Assembly (NCBI GenBank): GCA_039630055.1
Contig: JBCNVN010000001.1
Span: 96,001 to 160,000 of the forward strand
Reading direction: 5' to 3'
DNA from: Candidatus Caldarchaeales archaeon
Lineage (GTDB): Archaea; Thermoproteota; Nitrososphaeria_A; Caldarchaeales; Wolframiiraptoraceae
DNA: 64,000 nt
Below the pieces are notes generated by a model that ran no database searches, had not been told where the DNA came from, and saw nothing but the letters and a program-made list of their open reading frames with translations. Position 1 is the first letter of the stretch; each line of letters starts with the position of its first letter. The translations under genes were made by a program, and so were the position numbers. Shown here piece after piece: positions 8,873-18,730 of this stretch.

Positions 8873-10057
8873 TTGGATAGAAGATTAGTATATGTATTCA
8901 TCGCTTTAGGCATAGTTTCCCTACTGGCAGATATAACATATGAAGGTGCCAGATCGATCTCGGGAGCATACTTAAACTTTTTAGCTGCACCAGCGATAGC
9001 AGCGGGATTACTGGCCGCTGGAGAGTTCTTAAGCTACTTGATAAGATTTCTCAGTGGACTGATCGCTCAGAAGACTTACTCAGCAAAAACATTCTGGAGC
9101 CTCATCTATATCGGTTATGCAGTAAATCTATTCGCTATCCCTCTACTAGCATTCACAAATTATTGGTTCCTAGCATTAATCCTATATTTCGTGGAGAGGA
9201 TGGGAAAAGGTCTAAGAACACCTATTAGAGATGTATTAGTTGCAGAGATATCTGAGGGGATAGGCAGAGGTAAGGGATTCGGAATCCATGAAGTAGTAGA
9301 CCAGGTTGGAGCCATAGCTGGGCCTGCAATCATAGGACTATCCCTTACATACTTTGGGGATAATGTATCGTTAGGATATAGATACTCATTTATAATACTT
9401 GGAGTTCCAGCAGCGCTTAGCTTGATTACTCTAACATATGTTTACAGTAGATATCCAGTGCCTAGAGCTGTTGATGTTAGAAGATCAGTCGTGGAGGTTA
9501 GAGATCTAGGTAGAGTCTACTGGTTATACCTAGCCGGCTCATCTATAGCTATGGCTGGATTGATTCATTGGGGTTTGGTATCTTATTATCTTGAAGACTT
9601 AGCAAGAACCGGTGAGATATTCTCATCTGAGATCCCGATCTTCTATCTTATAGCCATGGCCTCGGATGCGATAATTGCTTTACCTTTAGGGATTATCTAT
9701 GATAGGTATAAGTATTTTTCCTTATCCCTCGTACCCATAACCGCAATCCCAATACCAATATTGTTATTTATCTATCCAGATCGGTTGGGACTGTATGCTA
9801 TGTCTATTATTTGGGGAGCCTCTATGGGTGGGGCTGAGACGATTATGAGAGCGGCGGTCGCCGATATAACCAGAGAGTCTTCAAGACTTATAGCATATGG
9901 CTTATCCTCTATGCTACATGGCGCATCGATGTTTCTAAGTGGAATAGTTTTTTCATATCTATACCAGATAAGAGCAATATATTTGATAATCTTTTTAATC
10001 ATTATCATCGAAATAATTGCATTAACTCTCTATAGTACTTTGATGATTAAAAGATAA
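8873..10057 (+). CDS. MFS transporter
   Basis: About 12 TM helices; VSLLADITYEG, ERMGKGLRTP.RD and GKGFGIH..DQ.GA motifs. Confidence 0.88.
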   Translation: MDRRLVYVFIALGIVSLLADITYEGARSISGAYLNFLAAPAIAAGLLAAGEFLSYLIRFLSGLIAQKTYSAKTFWSLIYIGYAVNLFAIPLLAFTNYWFLALILYFVERMGKGLRTPIRDVLVAEISEGIGRGKGFGIHEVVDQVGAIAGPAIIGLSLTYFGDNVSLGYRYSFIILGVPAALSLITLTYVYSRYPVPRAVDVRRSVVEVRDLGRVYWLYLAGSSIAMAGLIHWGLVSYYLEDLARTGEIFSSEIPIFYLIAMASDAIIALPLGIIYDRYKYFSLSLVPITAIPIPILLFIYPDRLGLYAMSIIWGASMGGAETIMRAAVADITRESSRLIAYGLSSMLHGASMFLSGIVFSYLYQIRAIYLIIFLIIIIEIIALTLYSTLMIKR

Positions 10058-10073
10058 GGATTGAATAGTTAAG

Positions 10074-11024
10074 CTATATGCTGATCAGCATCAGCAGATT
10101 TACGATGTGTGAAATAAAGTAAACTATTAGTATTACGAGTGCAGCCGATGTACCGCTCAATCTTCTACCGAAGGCCGTTAGAGCTATGATGAATGGAAGA
10201 GATATTGCTTGAGCTACCGTCATGTATAAATCTCTTATCTGGTAGAATCCCGGTTCACTGGGCTTGGGGATCAAGTTGAGCTGGAAAAATCTATCTAAAG
10301 CTAAGATGCCTGGATAGAATACTAAGGGAAGTACTGCAATAAATAATGACAAGATAAATTTTATTTCATCCTCAAGAGAACTCCATGCAACATCTCTAAT
10401 CCTATCGAGAACCTTCCCCTCTCTTAAATGAAACAGTCTACCCGAGAATATTATAGAGATAAACGTTATCAATAAATATAGTATAAGGATGTTGAAGAAA
10501 TATTTTCCAGTGATCTCTATAATGTTAGGCTGAGAACTGTACATATGGAGTATTAATGGAGATGTTCTACTATATATCATCAAGGTTAAACTTACTAAGA
10601 CTGAGAGGGTTGGAACAACTATTCTCAAACCTGTACTTTGATATATTGGAGAAAATAACCATATAGGAAAGAAAACATCATTGATGATTGTAGTAATCTT
10701 GCTAGGAGTTCTTGGTCTAAAAATATCTGGAGAGATGACCCCTCCCTCTTTCAATATCTTATATACTCTTTCCCCCTCTTCTGTTAAGACATAGTTTCTA
10801 TCTTGGTCTTGAGCTACGAAATCTTTAAGTTGCCTGAGATTGTAATAGAGAGATCCTGTACTTATGTTGAGAGCATCTCTTAGAGATGTGGCACTGATCT
10901 TTCCAGCGTTCCCTATGGCCAACAAGATCTTCCTCCTAGTCCTCTGTCTAAGAAGCCAGACTAGTTCATCTTCACTACTAAATCTTATGGTCTCTGAAGG
11001 CAAACTAATCTCCTCTCTGAACAT
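10074..11024 (-). CDS. Winged-helix (ArsR/HTH_20-like) domain fused to a multi-TM membrane domain
   Basis: TRRKILLAIG...ISTGSLYYNLRQL...YVLTEEG followed by about 5 hydrophobic segments. Confidence 0.7.
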   Translation of the reverse strand: MFREEISLPSETIRFSSEDELVWLLRQRTRRKILLAIGNAGKISATSLRDALNISTGSLYYNLRQLKDFVAQDQDRNYVLTEEGERVYKILKEGGVISPDIFRPRTPSKITTIINDVFFPIWLFSPIYQSTGLRIVVPTLSVLVSLTLMIYSRTSPLILHMYSSQPNIIEITGKYFFNILILYLLITFISIIFSGRLFHLREGKVLDRIRDVAWSSLEDEIKFILSLFIAVLPLVFYPGILALDRFFQLNLIPKPSEPGFYQIRDLYMTVAQAISLPFIIALTAFGRRLSGTSAALVILIVYFISHIVNLLMLISI

Positions 11025-11142
11025 GAAGATAGACAGTAAATTTTAAACTTGTCTCCTCAATAAACATGACTAGGATTTATTTCTTAAGTTAAATATATCT
11101 TTTTCGAGTAATATTACTAGAGTTTAGAGGTTTCGGAATAGA

Positions 11143-11718
11143 ATGGATTGGGTTGAAGATAGTGTTGTATTTAGAGGGGCTATTAGGAGGAGTGGTAATA
11201 GTCTTGTCATAACTATTCCAGCAGAACTCTCCCAGAGACTTCTTCTAAGAGAAGGGCAAGACTTCATCATATATGGTATAGGGAGAAGGAGGCCTGATTT
11301 CGAGGGAGGGCTCCAAGTATATCTAGGATACTTTATAGTTAATGAGAAAGTTCCTGTTATGAGATTCAAGATTGACATAAACGGTGGGAGCCTTGAAAAG
11401 CTTATCCCATTGATAAGAGAGATAAGAGATACTTACTCTCTATCGGACATAAGGTATAGACAGCTGGATAGTAAGACGATAGAGGTTGAACTATTCTTCG
11501 GAGCAATAAGTGAGAAAGGGATTACCAGGTTGAAGACAAGGGAAGAAATAGAAGATGCTGCCTCATCTATAGAGTTTAAATTAAGGCTTGAAGGTTTTAA
11601 GATCCTGGAGAAAGAACTAGTAGACAAGATAATAGAATGGAGGAGTATTGATCCATCTATTATATCGAGAGCACCTTACAAGATTACTGAGATAGTGAGG
11701 TGGCGGTGGGAGATCTAA
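11143..11718 (+). CDS. AbrB/MazE/SpoVT-like N-terminal DNA-binding domain protein
   Basis: IRRSGNSLVITIPAEL...LREGQ is the AbrB-type swapped-hairpin motif; the C-terminal ~140 aa are unassigned. Confidence 0.65.
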   Translation: MDWVEDSVVFRGAIRRSGNSLVITIPAELSQRLLLREGQDFIIYGIGRRRPDFEGGLQVYLGYFIVNEKVPVMRFKIDINGGSLEKLIPLIREIRDTYSLSDIRYRQLDSKTIEVELFFGAISEKGITRLKTREEIEDAASSIEFKLRLEGFKILEKELVDKIIEWRSIDPSIISRAPYKITEIVRWRWEI

Positions 11719-11760
11719 AATTATCTAAAAGTAACTCCTATCTAATCTTGAAAGATAGAG

Positions 11761-13065
11761 GTGGTAGGTATAGAGTTAATTGCAGATCTACATATCCATA
11801 GTAAATATTCAGGAGCTACCTCTCAGAGGATGAATATTGCTGAGTTGGTAGAGTTTGCCAAGATGAAGGGATTGAATATTCTAGGTACAGGTGATGCACT
11901 CCATCCTCAATGGGTTAAAGAACTTACAAGAGAGCTAAACTACATCGGTGATGGATTATATTCATCGAATAACGGTAAGGTATACTTTATAGCACAAGTT
12001 GAAGTAGCTACGATACATAAGTTCAACGGTAAATCAAGGCGGATACATCATGTAATACTGATGCCCAGTTTAGAAGTAGCAATACAGCTGTCAGATGTCT
12101 TGAAGAACTATGGAGACAATCAGTCTGATGGTCGACCTATCTTAAACATCGAACCAGCTGAACTGGTAGAGAAAGTGATAGAATTGGAGAGGTCAAATAT
12201 TGTCTTTCCTGCTCATGCTTGGACCCCATGGTGGAGCATGCTTGGAGCATTCAGTGGTGTAGACAATATTAAAGAATGTTATGGAGATATGGTTAAGTAT
12301 ATTTATGCTATAGAGACTGGTCTAAGTAGTGACCCACCTATGAACTGGAGAGTTAGCTGGCTTGATGACTATACTCTATTAAGCTTTAGTGACTCCCACA
12401 GTCCTTACCCATATAGAATCGGGAGAGAAGCAGTAGTATTCAATCTATCTAAACCAAGTTATAGAGAGATATTTGAAGCTATAAAGAATAAAGATCCAGA
12501 AAAGATTCTGATGACTATTGAAGTTCCACCAGAATATGGAAAATATCATTGGAGCGGTCATAGAAACTGTAACTTTGGACCGGTAGAACCTAGAGAAGCT
12601 AGGAGACTCAATTATGTATGTCCCGTATGTAGAAAGAAGCTTACGAAAGGAGTAGATGATCGTGTAGAAGAGCTTGCAGATAGACCTAGAAACCATATGC
12701 CGGATAAGCGTATAAATTATGTACATCTTATACCACTACAAGAGTTGATAGCATTAAGTATGGGTCTAGAAGTGGAAAACGAGTCCAAGCTTAACAGTGT
12801 TAAAGTATGGAGGGAATATGAGAAGTTGGTTAAGATATTCAGAAACGAGTTTAATATATTATTGAAAGTCCCAGAAGAAGAGATAGGAAAGGTTGCTGGT
12901 ATCAAGCTTGCCAGAATAATCTCGATTATGAGGGAGAAGAAGGTTAAGATTAAGCCAGGGTATGATGGAGTCTATGGACGGATCATCATAGATGAAGAAG
13001 ATAGTAAGGAAGAATATATGAAGATCAAAAGCCTTGAAGACTACATTAAAGATAATGGGGAATAG
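11761..13065 (+). CDS. Endonuclease Q family protein (PHP domain + Zn finger)
   Basis: ADLHIHSKYSGATS, GTGDALHP, PAHAWTPW, ETGLSSD, SDSHS, GKYH..GHRNC...CPVC, PGYDGVYG. Confidence 0.88.
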   Translation: MVGIELIADLHIHSKYSGATSQRMNIAELVEFAKMKGLNILGTGDALHPQWVKELTRELNYIGDGLYSSNNGKVYFIAQVEVATIHKFNGKSRRIHHVILMPSLEVAIQLSDVLKNYGDNQSDGRPILNIEPAELVEKVIELERSNIVFPAHAWTPWWSMLGAFSGVDNIKECYGDMVKYIYAIETGLSSDPPMNWRVSWLDDYTLLSFSDSHSPYPYRIGREAVVFNLSKPSYREIFEAIKNKDPEKILMTIEVPPEYGKYHWSGHRNCNFGPVEPREARRLNYVCPVCRKKLTKGVDDRVEELADRPRNHMPDKRINYVHLIPLQELIALSMGLEVENESKLNSVKVWREYEKLVKIFRNEFNILLKVPEEEIGKVAGIKLARIISIMREKKVKIKPGYDGVYGRIIIDEEDSKEEYMKIKSLEDYIKDNGE

Positions 13066-13277
13066 ATAGAATGAATTGTGTTAGTGAAGATCAGAGGATA
13101 GTGAGAGAAATGGGGAGACAGACCTACAATCTTATCACCATGGTAGGAGACAATGTATCTTAACAAGGCAAGCGATTTTATAACAAGCCTACAAATATCA
13201 CTATGTACAGACCAACAAAATGCGAATCTAATTATAATTCTTAAGAATTTTAAGAATTACAGTTTGTAAGAATTTAG

Positions 13278-13365
13278 AGCCCCGGGCGGGATTTGAACCC
13301 GCGACCTGCGGCTTTCTTGACTTGTATTTACAAGGCCGCCGCTCTACCCGCTGAGCTACCGGGGC
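13278..13365 (-). tRNA. tRNA-Thr(UGU) with 15-nt intron at 37/38
   Basis: Reverse complement GCCCCGG TAGCTCAGCGGGTAGAGC G GCGGC CT TGT A [AATACAAGTCAAGAA] A GCCGC AGGTC GCGGG TTCAAAT CCCGC CCGGGGC T; BHB helix CUUG/CAAG. Confidence 0.93.
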
Positions 13366-13577
13366 CAGCCTTATTTGACACATCCCTTGATATATGTTTT
13401 TACTCATTCTAGTTAACCGTCTATGTTAACCATTAATTATATCGTTATTAGAGATCTGTAAGATTCTTTGGAGTTATCATTTATAGAAGTTGATGAATCG
13501 AGTGTAGTGGTCTCTCATAGTGGGAGTTTCTAGACGACTAAGATAGTTTTATTATGGTTTTTAGGCTTATTCTATAG

Positions 13578-14315
13578 ATGTTTGAGGTCGTAATCGTTAT
13601 TCCTACATATAATGAGGCTGAGAATGTTAAGAAGATTATTCCAAGCTTGGCAGATATTTTGGAGAAGGCTGGATGGAAAGCAATGGTATTGGTTGTCGAT
13701 GATTCAAGCCCAGATGGTACCGCTGAGGTTGTTGAAGAGATCTCAAAAAAGATTGAAGGTGTTAAGATCTTGAAGAGGCCTCGAAAGCTTGGTTTAGGCT
13801 CTGCCTACATAGATGGATTCAAGTATGTTATTGAGAAGATGGATTCTGTAAAGTATGTATGTGAGATGGATGCAGATGGTAGCCACCCCCCTGAGATTAT
13901 GCCCAGCATGCTCGAGATAGCTGAGGAGGGGGGATACGATGTGGTTATAGCCTCTAGATATATTGAGGGTGGAAGATGGGGGGAGGGAACTATTATTAGG
14001 AGGTTGATTAGCAAGGGGGCAAACTTTTTGGGAAGAGTCTCTACAGGTTTGAAGGTTAGAGACATAACATCTGGATACAGAGTGATAAGGTTAAACACAT
14101 TGAAGAAGGTTGTTGATAGTCTTACCGAGCTCCACTCAGGATACGTATTCCAAGTAGAGCTACTATACCTACTCCATAAGGTTGAAGCTAAGATAACTGA
14201 GTATCCACTAATATTTAGACCTAGGCTACATGGTAGATCGAAGCTCGGGAAGTCCGAGATCATCTCATTCGCTTCATGGTGTATAAAGAAGCTTTTTGGG
14301 AGGATATTTTCATGA
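13578..14315 (+). CDS. Polyprenol-phosphate mannose synthase (GT2, DPM1-like)
   Basis: IPTYNEAEN, VVDDSSPDGT, GLGSAY, EMDADGSHPP, D.TSGYR, GYVFQVE. Confidence 0.9.
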   Translation: MFEVVIVIPTYNEAENVKKIIPSLADILEKAGWKAMVLVVDDSSPDGTAEVVEEISKKIEGVKILKRPRKLGLGSAYIDGFKYVIEKMDSVKYVCEMDADGSHPPEIMPSMLEIAEEGGYDVVIASRYIEGGRWGEGTIIRRLISKGANFLGRVSTGLKVRDITSGYRVIRLNTLKKVVDSLTELHSGYVFQVELLYLLHKVEAKITEYPLIFRPRLHGRSKLGKSEIISFASWCIKKLFGRIFS

Positions 14316-15298
14316 AGAAGCTTAGAGATCTGGGAGAGAGATCATTAATAAAATACATTAACTCGACTCTGAAGAGGTTTCCCGGATCTATTTTACCTGT
14401 AGGTGATGATGCAGTCGATATGTTAATTCAAGGCAGATTTTTGGTCTCGGTAGATATGATGGTCCAAAGTACGGATATTCCAGAAGGAGTAGGTTGGAGG
14501 GTAGTAGGATATAGGGCTGTGACAAGCACTACGAGCGATATAGCTGCAAAAGGGGGAAGACCGAAAGCATATCTCATATCTATGGCGCTTCCACCAAATA
14601 TGGATGAAGAAGATTTTAAAGATCTTTGGAGTGGAATCTTGGAAGCTGTAGAGCAGTATGGAGGGATCGTGGTTGGAGGAGATACGAATGAAGGAGACCA
14701 GGTATTAATCGATGTAATCTGTATAGGAGAAGTACCAGGAAAGTTAATTACTAGAAGTGGTGCTAAGCCTGGAGATATAGTTGCGGTGACAGGTCTCTTC
14801 GGAGTGGAAGCTGCAGGATTACATGCTTTGATTAATAAGGTGAAGAATGATGTCTCTAGAAGGGTTGTCGATAAGATGTTGAAACCGGTTGCAAGAGTTA
14901 GAGAGGGTGAGGTTCTATCTAAGTTAGCAACATCCTCGATAGATTCAAGTGATGGTCTCGCTGAATCATTGTTCTTATTAGGTGAATCGAGTAACGTGGG
15001 ATTTAGAATAGATAATCCTCCTATAGATCCGCTTGCTGAAGAGTATTCGAGAGAATGTAGGGTAGACCTACTGGAGTTGGTTTTCTTCGGGGGAGAAGAA
15101 TACGAGCTAGTTGTAACTATTAGTCCAGAGAATTGGGATAAAGCATGTAAAGATATTGAAGATCTGGGTGGAAGGCTCATCAAGATAGGCCATGTGATAG
15201 ATGCTCCAAACATCGTAGAGGTCTTATGGAACGATGAATACATTAGACTGCCTAGAAGAGGGTATGCTCATTTTACAGATCGAGCTCTACCAAGATAG
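14312..15298 (+). CDS. thiL: Thiamine-monophosphate kinase
   Basis: LGERSLI, GDDA, SDIAAKGG.P, GGDT, RSGAKPGD, IDSSDGL, GGEEYELV. Start set at the ATGA overlap with the upstream gene. Confidence 0.93.
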   Translation: MKKLRDLGERSLIKYINSTLKRFPGSILPVGDDAVDMLIQGRFLVSVDMMVQSTDIPEGVGWRVVGYRAVTSTTSDIAAKGGRPKAYLISMALPPNMDEEDFKDLWSGILEAVEQYGGIVVGGDTNEGDQVLIDVICIGEVPGKLITRSGAKPGDIVAVTGLFGVEAAGLHALINKVKNDVSRRVVDKMLKPVARVREGEVLSKLATSSIDSSDGLAESLFLLGESSNVGFRIDNPPIDPLAEEYSRECRVDLLELVFFGGEEYELVVTISPENWDKACKDIEDLGGRLIKIGHVIDAPNIVEVLWNDEYIRLPRRGYAHFTDRALPR

Positions 15299-15807
15299 AG
15301 GTATTTATAGTATAAGAGTGCGAGGAAGGTTTTCCCATCGACCTCCCCACCTCTCACCAACTCTCTAATCGCTTCATCTACATCCATCTCGACTAAAATT
15401 ATCTCTTCATCCTCCTCTAACCTTTGCGACATCTTCACTAGCCCCGATGCTAAATATAGGTGGATATATTCTGTGGAGTATCCAGGGCTTGGAGTCATCG
15501 TCAAGATCTTCTCTAATATTCTTGCTCTGTATCCGGTCTCCTCTTCTAGCTCTCTTAGAGCGCATTCCTCTGGAGATTCATTCTCTTTTAATGTTCCAGC
15601 GGGGATCTCGATGATCCACTTGTCCAAAGGATATCTGTACTGTCTGATAAGAATAACTGTATTGTCTTTTATTATCGGAAGAACCGCGACGGCTCCAGGA
15701 TGTTCTACAACCTCTCTCACCTTCACTACATCGTCCTCAATTATATCAACCCTCAAATTTACCACTCTACCACTATATATCCGTCTACTCTCTTTTACCT
15801 CTACCAT
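15268..15807 (-). CDS. NUDIX hydrolase (ADP-ribose pyrophosphatase-like)
   Basis: REVVEHPGAV, RQYRYP, Nudix box G.L..NESPEECALRELEEETG, SPG. Confidence 0.92.
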   Translation of the reverse strand: MVEVKESRRIYSGRVVNLRVDIIEDDVVKVREVVEHPGAVAVLPIIKDNTVILIRQYRYPLDKWIIEIPAGTLKENESPEECALRELEEETGYRARILEKILTMTPSPGYSTEYIHLYLASGLVKMSQRLEEDEEIILVEMDVDEAIRELVRGGEVDGKTFLALLYYKYLYLGRARSVK

Positions 15808-15865
15808 TTTGTTGAATAATATTATATGCTATGCCAAAAAGATTAACAGTCGGCTCGTATATGAT

Positions 15866-16966
15866 ATGCTTATGAAGGTTAGGGAATTATTTAGCTATTT
15901 TAAACCATATGAATGGGAGACACCTGACTGGAAGATAGCTGAAGAGTATAATCTTAAGCTTGACCAGATCATTAGAATGGATCTGAATACTTCTCCATAC
16001 CTCCCTCAAAAATGGTTGAAGAATCTAGAATCGAAGATTAAGATGATGAAGATAAATGGTTATCCTGATGCTACCTATCGAGAGCTTGTAAACGAGATAT
16101 CAAACTATGTTGGAGTGAGGTCTGATAAGATAATACCTACCAATGGTGCAGATGAAGCTATCGATATAATAGTGAGGACATTTGTGGACTCTGGCTCTGA
16201 AGTAATATTGTCATCTCCAACTTACGACTATTTTAGAGTCTCAGTAGAGCTTCAAGGTGGCAGGATAATAAATATACAGAGAAAGAATGATTTCAAGGAT
16301 GACGTAGATAGAATAATCTCATCGATCACTGATAAGATTAGGGCCATATTCTTATGTAGTCCAAACAATCCAACCGGAAACACCATCGAGTATAATGATA
16401 TTGTTAGGATCCTCGATGAAGTTACAGATACAGCGGTAATAGTTGATGAAGCATACTATGAGTATTCTGGAAGAACCTTTATCGAGCTTACAGATTCCTA
16501 TGATAACCTCATAATTATTAGAACCTTATCTAAAGCCTTCGGACTAGCTGGTGCGAGAATCGGATACATAGTCGCATCAAGAGAGACTGCTAAATTGATA
16601 AGTAAAGTTAGACCTCCTAATAGTCTAAGCATCCCATCTATTGAATTGGCGATAATAGCATTAAAAGACTCGGAGACAGTTATAAGAAATGCTAGAAAGA
16701 TTGTAAAGGAGAGGGAAAGGGTTAGAGAGCTTCTATCAGCTCTTCCCAAATTGAAGGTCTACCCATCAGAAGCAAACTTCATATTATTCAAGCTGGTTAG
16801 AGGTAACCCGAAAAATCTTCATAGAAGATTGATGGAGAGAGGGATCATCATAAGAGACTTAGATCATGTCCCCGGCCTCCAATCACATTTTAGAGTAACA
16901 GTCTCTGTACCAGAAAACAATAATAGGTTCTTAAAACTACTTGAGAAATTACTTGAAGAAGTATAG
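15866..16966 (+). CDS. hisC: Histidinol-phosphate aminotransferase (PLP class I/II)
   Basis: YPD, NGADEAI, CSPNNPTG, VDEAYYEY, RTLSKAFGLAGARIGY, PSEANF. The first ~131 aa of the tracked ORF are antisense shadow of the Nudix gene; the true start is near 15866 or 15872. Confidence 0.82.
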   Translation: MLMKVRELFSYFKPYEWETPDWKIAEEYNLKLDQIIRMDLNTSPYLPQKWLKNLESKIKMMKINGYPDATYRELVNEISNYVGVRSDKIIPTNGADEAIDIIVRTFVDSGSEVILSSPTYDYFRVSVELQGGRIINIQRKNDFKDDVDRIISSITDKIRAIFLCSPNNPTGNTIEYNDIVRILDEVTDTAVIVDEAYYEYSGRTFIELTDSYDNLIIIRTLSKAFGLAGARIGYIVASRETAKLISKVRPPNSLSIPSIELAIIALKDSETVIRNARKIVKERERVRELLSALPKLKVYPSEANFILFKLVRGNPKNLHRRLMERGIIIRDLDHVPGLQSHFRVTVSVPENNNRFLKLLEKLLEEV

Positions 16967-17397
16967 ATAGATGGATCTGGTAAGATATAGATAGTTTCAA
17001 CAAATCTTTAATCTTCATACTGTTTCATAGTGAACCCTGGAAGAGGCGAGTATCAGGAAATCCAGTAATAGTTTCTTCGAAAAATTAGAAATTAGCTTTA
17101 TGAGTATTATGGGATGGATCTTCTTCTAGATCTAGAAGAGGGTTGTAACTTTGATTACTTACCAGGTCTCTCTGGTTCGGAGTAGACAATATAGGCTAAA
17201 ACAGTGAAGATTAAATCTACTGAGATAGAATTATATTTTATCTATATCGTGACCCGGCTCAAGTTGAAGACTCCATGTTATATAGAAATAAACTTGATGA
17301 AGTAATCTATAGATCAACCTCTAAATATTAGGAGCACACACTCCAAGATGTGAGAGAACAATAGGTGATGATAATCTCAAAGATTGATAAATAGAAG

Positions 17398-17495
17398 GGG
17401 CCTGTAGCTCAGCATGGATAGAGCGCCGGATAAGCTTTAACGCTTAGGTGAGCCTGCGGAGCCGAAGGTCGGGGGTTCAAGTCCCCCCAGGCCCA
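17398..17495 (+). tRNA. tRNA-Arg(GCG) with 23-nt non-canonical intron at position 30/31 (17430-17452)
   Basis: GGGCCTG TAGCTCAGCATGGATAGAGC G CCGG [ATAAGCTTTAACGCTTAGGTGAG] C CT GCG GA GCCGA AGGTC GGGGG TTCAAGT CCCCC CAGGCCC A; BHB helix CGCC/GGUG with inner stem UAAGC/GCUUA. Confidence 0.88.
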
Positions 17496-17585
17496 TAATA
17501 GAATAATAATCTCATGAATAACTATCTTGGAATATTTTTGTTCTATCGAGGCAAGAATTGGTAGAATAGTATTCTTTGAGATTTA

Positions 17586-17678
17586 TGGGGCCGCTGGGAT
17601 TTGAACCCAGGACCTCGCGGGTTCCCGTAGATTGTATAGCCCGAGCCGCGTATCATAACCATGCTAGACCACGGCCCC
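17586..17678 (-). tRNA. tRNA-Pro(CGG) with 18-nt intron at 37/38 (17622-17639)
   Basis: Reverse complement GGGGCCG TGGTCTAGCATGGTTATGAT A CGCGG CT CGG G [CTATACAATCTACGGGAA] C CCGCG AGGTC CTGGG TTCAAAT CCCAG CGGCCCC A; BHB helix CUCG/CGGG. Confidence 0.92.
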
Positions 17679-17918
17679 TTCTTAGATTGAGCTCAAGTTA
17701 GGTTATAAATTTTAATTATCACATGATTAGATTCTCCAATTATAATATGGAGAATAACATTATATTGTAATTATCCTTATATGTGAACGGGGAACTAATT
17801 ATCTAGAGTCGGTATGGTCTCACTATATAAAAGATTCATAGAGGCTTGTATCTCTATCTGGAGGCATGGTTCTTAGGAAGGAAAATGAAAACGGCTAAGT
17901 CTCTAGTATCGTCTCCCA

Positions 17919-18377
17919 CTAATCCTTAGGCATCCGCTTTAATTCATCCAGAGCTATAAGCGATTCTTTAACGTGTTTTCCAGGCATAACCCCTGATATA
18001 ATCTTTCTTATGATCCCATTCTCATCTATGACGAATGTCTTCCGCTGAGATCTTCCTCCAAAACCTAGTGCACCATATTTCTTCGAAACCATGCCATCAG
18101 TATCACTGAGAAGTAGATGGGTTAACCGATACTTATCAGCAAATCGGTTATGGCTATCTATCCCGTCTACGCTAATACCTATAGCAACTGCTCCTCTCTT
18201 CTCAAACTCTTCAATGTTATCTCTTATCAGACAGTTCTCACGAGTACAACCTGGAGTATCATCTTTAGGGTAGAAGAAGAGAACAACTGGTCTCCCTAAC
18301 ATCGATGACAGCTTGAAACGATCTCCCTTATGTGATATGAGCTCGAAATCTGGAGCCTTATCACCTTCCTTAACCAT
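17919..18377 (-). CDS. bcp: Peroxiredoxin, BCP/PrxQ family (CxxxxC)
   Basis: GDKAPDF, FFYPKDDTPGCTRENC, GISVD, RKTFVID. Confidence 0.93.
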   Translation of the reverse strand: MVKEGDKAPDFELISHKGDRFKLSSMLGRPVVLFFYPKDDTPGCTRENCLIRDNIEEFEKRGAVAIGISVDGIDSHNRFADKYRLTHLLLSDTDGMVSKKYGALGFGGRSQRKTFVIDENGIIRKIISGVMPGKHVKESLIALDELKRMPKD

Positions 18378-18730
18378 ACTATTCCGAGAATCGATGAATA
18401 ATTTATTTATTTCTAGTTTACCAGTATTTTTAGTGGATTACGTCAAATTTTATATTCTATTAATGGTTGTTGAAGCTTCTTTCCCATATCATAATGCAGG
18501 TGAAATTATGATTTAGCCGCCGATGGTATAGTCTCATACGGATCAGTGGAGTGTATTAACATCTACTTACAATTTCAAGAATAAAATTGCATCAATATAT
18601 TTAGTTTAAGTAGCTTGAGCAAATTTTTTAAGAAGATGTTATCTTAAGCTTTAATCTTTAGTATTTATCCTATTTTTTTGATGTTGGAGTATTTTCTTTA
18701 AAACGGCGTTATAACATAAAATGAAAAGAT

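Noticed and set aside
13240-13276. Three TAAGAATT copies next to tRNA-Thr(UGU)
   Set aside because: Short AT-rich words in the terminator region; not CRISPR-like and no att duplication.
14428-15243. 271-aa minus-strand ORF
   Set aside because: Fully antisense to thiL, Ser/Thr/Pro-rich shadow composition, no motifs. The same applies to the many other short antisense ORFs in the track.
15473-15865. N-terminal 131-aa extension of the hisC ORF in the track
   Set aside because: It is mostly the antisense shadow of the Nudix gene; aminotransferase similarity starts near 15866.
18516-18545. GCCGCCGATGGTATAGTCT resembling a tRNA 5' end (possible split tRNA piece)
   Set aside because: No GG D-loop, D-stem closure, anticodon arm or complementary leader could be built.
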